NCBI RefSeq assembly: GCF_000485595.1
Contig: NW_014577079.1
Span: 180,826 to 244,825, forward strand
Length of the DNA stretch: 64,000 bases
Direction: 5' to 3'
Source: Priapulus caudatus
Lineage: Eukaryota
Under the pieces are notes generated by a model. The model was not told where the DNA came from. It worked only from the letters and a program-made list of their open reading frames with translations, and did not search any database. A program made the translations under genes and the position numbers. This document shows, piece after piece, positions 63,783 to 64,000 of this stretch. Position 1 is the stretch's first letter, and each line of letters opens with the position of its first letter.

Positions 63783-64000
63783 CTCCATTAGGAGTGTTCC
63801 CAACTTTGATATCATTAATGATTAATGATTGATAATCCAAACCCTAACCCTAACCCTAACCTAAATGACATTAAACCACAAACTAATATATGACCATGAC
63901 CATATATATATATCAGCTATATGATAACATAACATGAATATATATGTATATGTTATTATGATCATTAATGACATTAAAGTTGGGAACACTCCTAATGGAG
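63783..64000. mobile_element. MITE with inverted ends enclosing (CCCTAA)n, running to the window edge
   Basis: ctccattaggagtgttcccaacttt...atcattaatgat pairs with atcattaatgacattaaagttgggaacactcctaatggag. Confidence 0.7.

Overview
Animal (invertebrate-type, probably lophotrochozoan; inferred, not proven) nuclear DNA with spliceosomal introns, TTAGGG-type repeats and three assembly gaps. The first 25 kb hold two divergently oriented genes that I could reconstruct exon by exon by hand. The first is a complete-looking 16-coding-exon, ~693-aa protein-arginine deiminase (PADI, citrullinating enzyme, PADI2-like) on the minus strand (1707..10039), with all four catalytic residues intact. The second is a 14-coding-exon, ~588-aa EFCAB7 orthologue on the plus strand (17653..25002), with one GC-AG intron. 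The rest is repeat-dominated: decayed LINE fragments, Helentron-associated (HINE/DINE-1-like) elements, many MITEs, a family of 40-60 bp palindromic micro-elements with 7-bp target duplications, a probable Kolobok-type fragment encoding a P2X7-C-terminal-like Cys domain, a Deu/Nin-like SINE, microsatellites and gap-associated duplications. From ~36 kb onward the sequence is visibly CpG-rich and has only candidate 5' exons of an unidentified gene. All family assignments are from motif recognition, not database searches.
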